A DNA stretch of 64,000 bases from NCBI GenBank assembly GCA_035551175.1, contig DASZNR010000154.1, positions 17,194-81,193 of the forward strand, written 5' to 3'. The translations under genes were made by a program, and so were the position numbers. The stretch comes from Amycolatopsis sp. Its GTDB lineage: Bacteria; Actinomycetota; Actinomycetes; Mycobacteriales; Pseudonocardiaceae. The notes under the pieces are model-generated. The model had not been told where the DNA came from. It saw only the letters and a program-made list of their open reading frames with translations, and made no database searches. This document shows, one piece after another, positions 62,986 through 64,000 of this stretch (its first letter is position 1; each line of letters starts with the position of its first letter).

Positions 62986-64000
62986 CGTAGCCCTCGTTCA
63001 GGTCCTCGAGCCGGTATTCGGTGGTCACCAGCTCGTCCAGTTTGAGCAGGCCCGCGTTGTACATCTCCAGGTATCGCGGGATGTCGAACCGCGGATTCGA
63101 CGACCCGAAAAGCGCGCCGCGGATGGACTTCTCGTACAGCGTCAGCTCGAACAGCGAAGCCGCCACCGAGGTTTCGGCGGGATGGCCGAGCGCCGTGACG
63201 ACAACCCGGCCTTGCTTGCCGACGAGGCTCAGCGCTTCCCCGACCTGGTAGCCCTCGGCGTTGTCCGTGGTGATGATGCAGGCGTCCGCCAGCCTTCCGC
63301 GCGTGAGCTCGGTGATCGCCGGCAGCGCGTCGGCAACTGATCCGAACGTGTGCGTCGCACCGAATTCCTTGGCCTTGTCCCGCTTGAACTCTTGGGGATC
63401 GATGGCGACGACGTAGCTGGCGCCCGCGTTCTTCGCGCCTTGAACGGCATTGACCCCGATGCCGCCCGCGCCCATGACCACCGCGCAGTCGCCGTGGCGA
63501 ATCTCGCCCTTGTTCACCGCGCTCCCATAGCCCGTCGGCACGCCGCAGCCGACGAGGACCGCCTTGTCGAGCGCGGTGCCGGGATCGACCTTGACGACCG
63601 ACGCTTGGGGCACGACGGTGTACTCGGAAAACGTGCCCAGCAAACACATCTGGCCGACGCCCTGGCCGCGGCTGTGGAACCGGTGCGTGCCGTCCAGCTG
63701 CGGACCGAGGATCACCGACGCGCCCAGATCGCAGAGATTGGTCATTCCCTGTGCGCAGTAGCCGCATTGCCCGCAGGCGGGCAGGAAGCTCAGCACCACG
63801 GAATCGCCCTCTTCGACACCGGTGACCCCCGGCCCGACTCCGGCCACGACGCCGGCGCCCTCGTGCCCGCCGACCACCGGATAAGGCATCGGCATGTCGC
63901 CGGTCACCAGGTGGTAGTCCGAGTGGCACAGCCCGCTCGCGGTCAGCTTGACCAGTACTTCGCCGTCCCGGGGCGGATCGAGTTCGATCTCCTCGATCTG
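62939..64000 (-). CDS. zinc-dependent alcohol dehydrogenase, class III / NDMA-dependent-like (5' end beyond window)
   Basis: The frame stays open to the window edge (…LTASGLCHSDYHLVTGDMPMPYPVVGGHEGAG). It has a structural-zinc Cys cluster CGQCGYCAQGMTNLC and the GAGGIG nucleotide loop. Confidence 0.88.
   Translation of the reverse strand, partial: QIEEIELDPPRDGEVLVKLTASGLCHSDYHLVTGDMPMPYPVVGGHEGAGVVAGVGPGVTGVEEGDSVVLSFLPACGQCGYCAQGMTNLCDLGASVILGPQLDGTHRFHSRGQGVGQMCLLGTFSEYTVVPQASVVKVDPGTALDKAVLVGCGVPTGYGSAVNKGEIRHGDCAVVMGAGGIGVNAVQGAKNAGASYVVAIDPQEFKRDKAKEFGATHTFGSVADALPAITELTRGRLADACIITTDNAEGYQVGEALSLVGKQGRVVVTALGHPAETSVAASLFELTLYEKSIRGALFGSSNPRFDIPRYLEMYNAGLLKLDELVTTEYRLEDLNEGYDDLLAGRNIRGVIRF

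Noticed and set aside
1-64000. Search for rRNA, tRNA, CRISPR arrays, IS elements, integrases, prophage or defence-system genes.
   Set aside because: I saw no cloverleaf-like or rRNA-like stretches, no regularly spaced direct repeats, and no transposase, integrase or nuclease-like translations. Intergenic space is minimal and is accounted for by promoters and terminators. I could only scan by eye, so short ncRNAs cannot be excluded.

Overview
Very GC-rich actinobacterial chromosomal DNA (third codon positions are almost always G/C; gene content looks Pseudonocardiaceae- or Mycobacteriales-like, but I cannot confirm taxonomy). The window is densely coding: about 60 CDS. I could find no rRNA or tRNA genes, no CRISPR array, and no transposase or integrase. 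There are two functional blocks.

(1) 1-47.7 kb is a large catabolic island for hydrophobic, methyl-branched and probably alicyclic (terpenoid-like) acids. It contains:
- a P450terp-like operon (P450, ferredoxin reductase, ferredoxin, alcohol dehydrogenase, aldehyde dehydrogenase);
- a roughly 16-gene minus-strand beta-oxidation-like operon (24012 down to 7944) with pervasive 4-nt start/stop overlaps, which includes BadH-like and BadI/MenB-like ring-cleavage candidates, alpha-methylacyl-CoA racemase, an HMG-CoA-lyase-like gene, a thiolase, several enoyl-CoA hydratases and acyl-CoA dehydrogenases;
- four acyl-CoA synthetases;
- a heteromeric MaoC hydratase pair;
- two ACAD10/11-N-type kinases, one of them next to a FadE2-type acyl-CoA dehydrogenase (lva-like layout);
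- four regulators (GntR/FadR, LuxR-GAF, TetR, PucR).

(2) 47.7-63 kb is an mce-type transporter operon with an unusual accessory set. The gene order is ECF sigma, 4-TM protein, yrbEA, yrbEB, in-operon ATPase, mceA-F, a translationally coupled MMPL/RND protein, a PrsA-like parvulin, a tiny 2-TM ORF and an aldehyde dehydrogenase. No Mas/Mam-like genes are visible.

Three families of recurring AT-rich operator-like motifs sit in the few intergenic gaps and appear to tie the blocks into regulons. Product calls rest on motifs and on remembered family sequences. No database search was possible.
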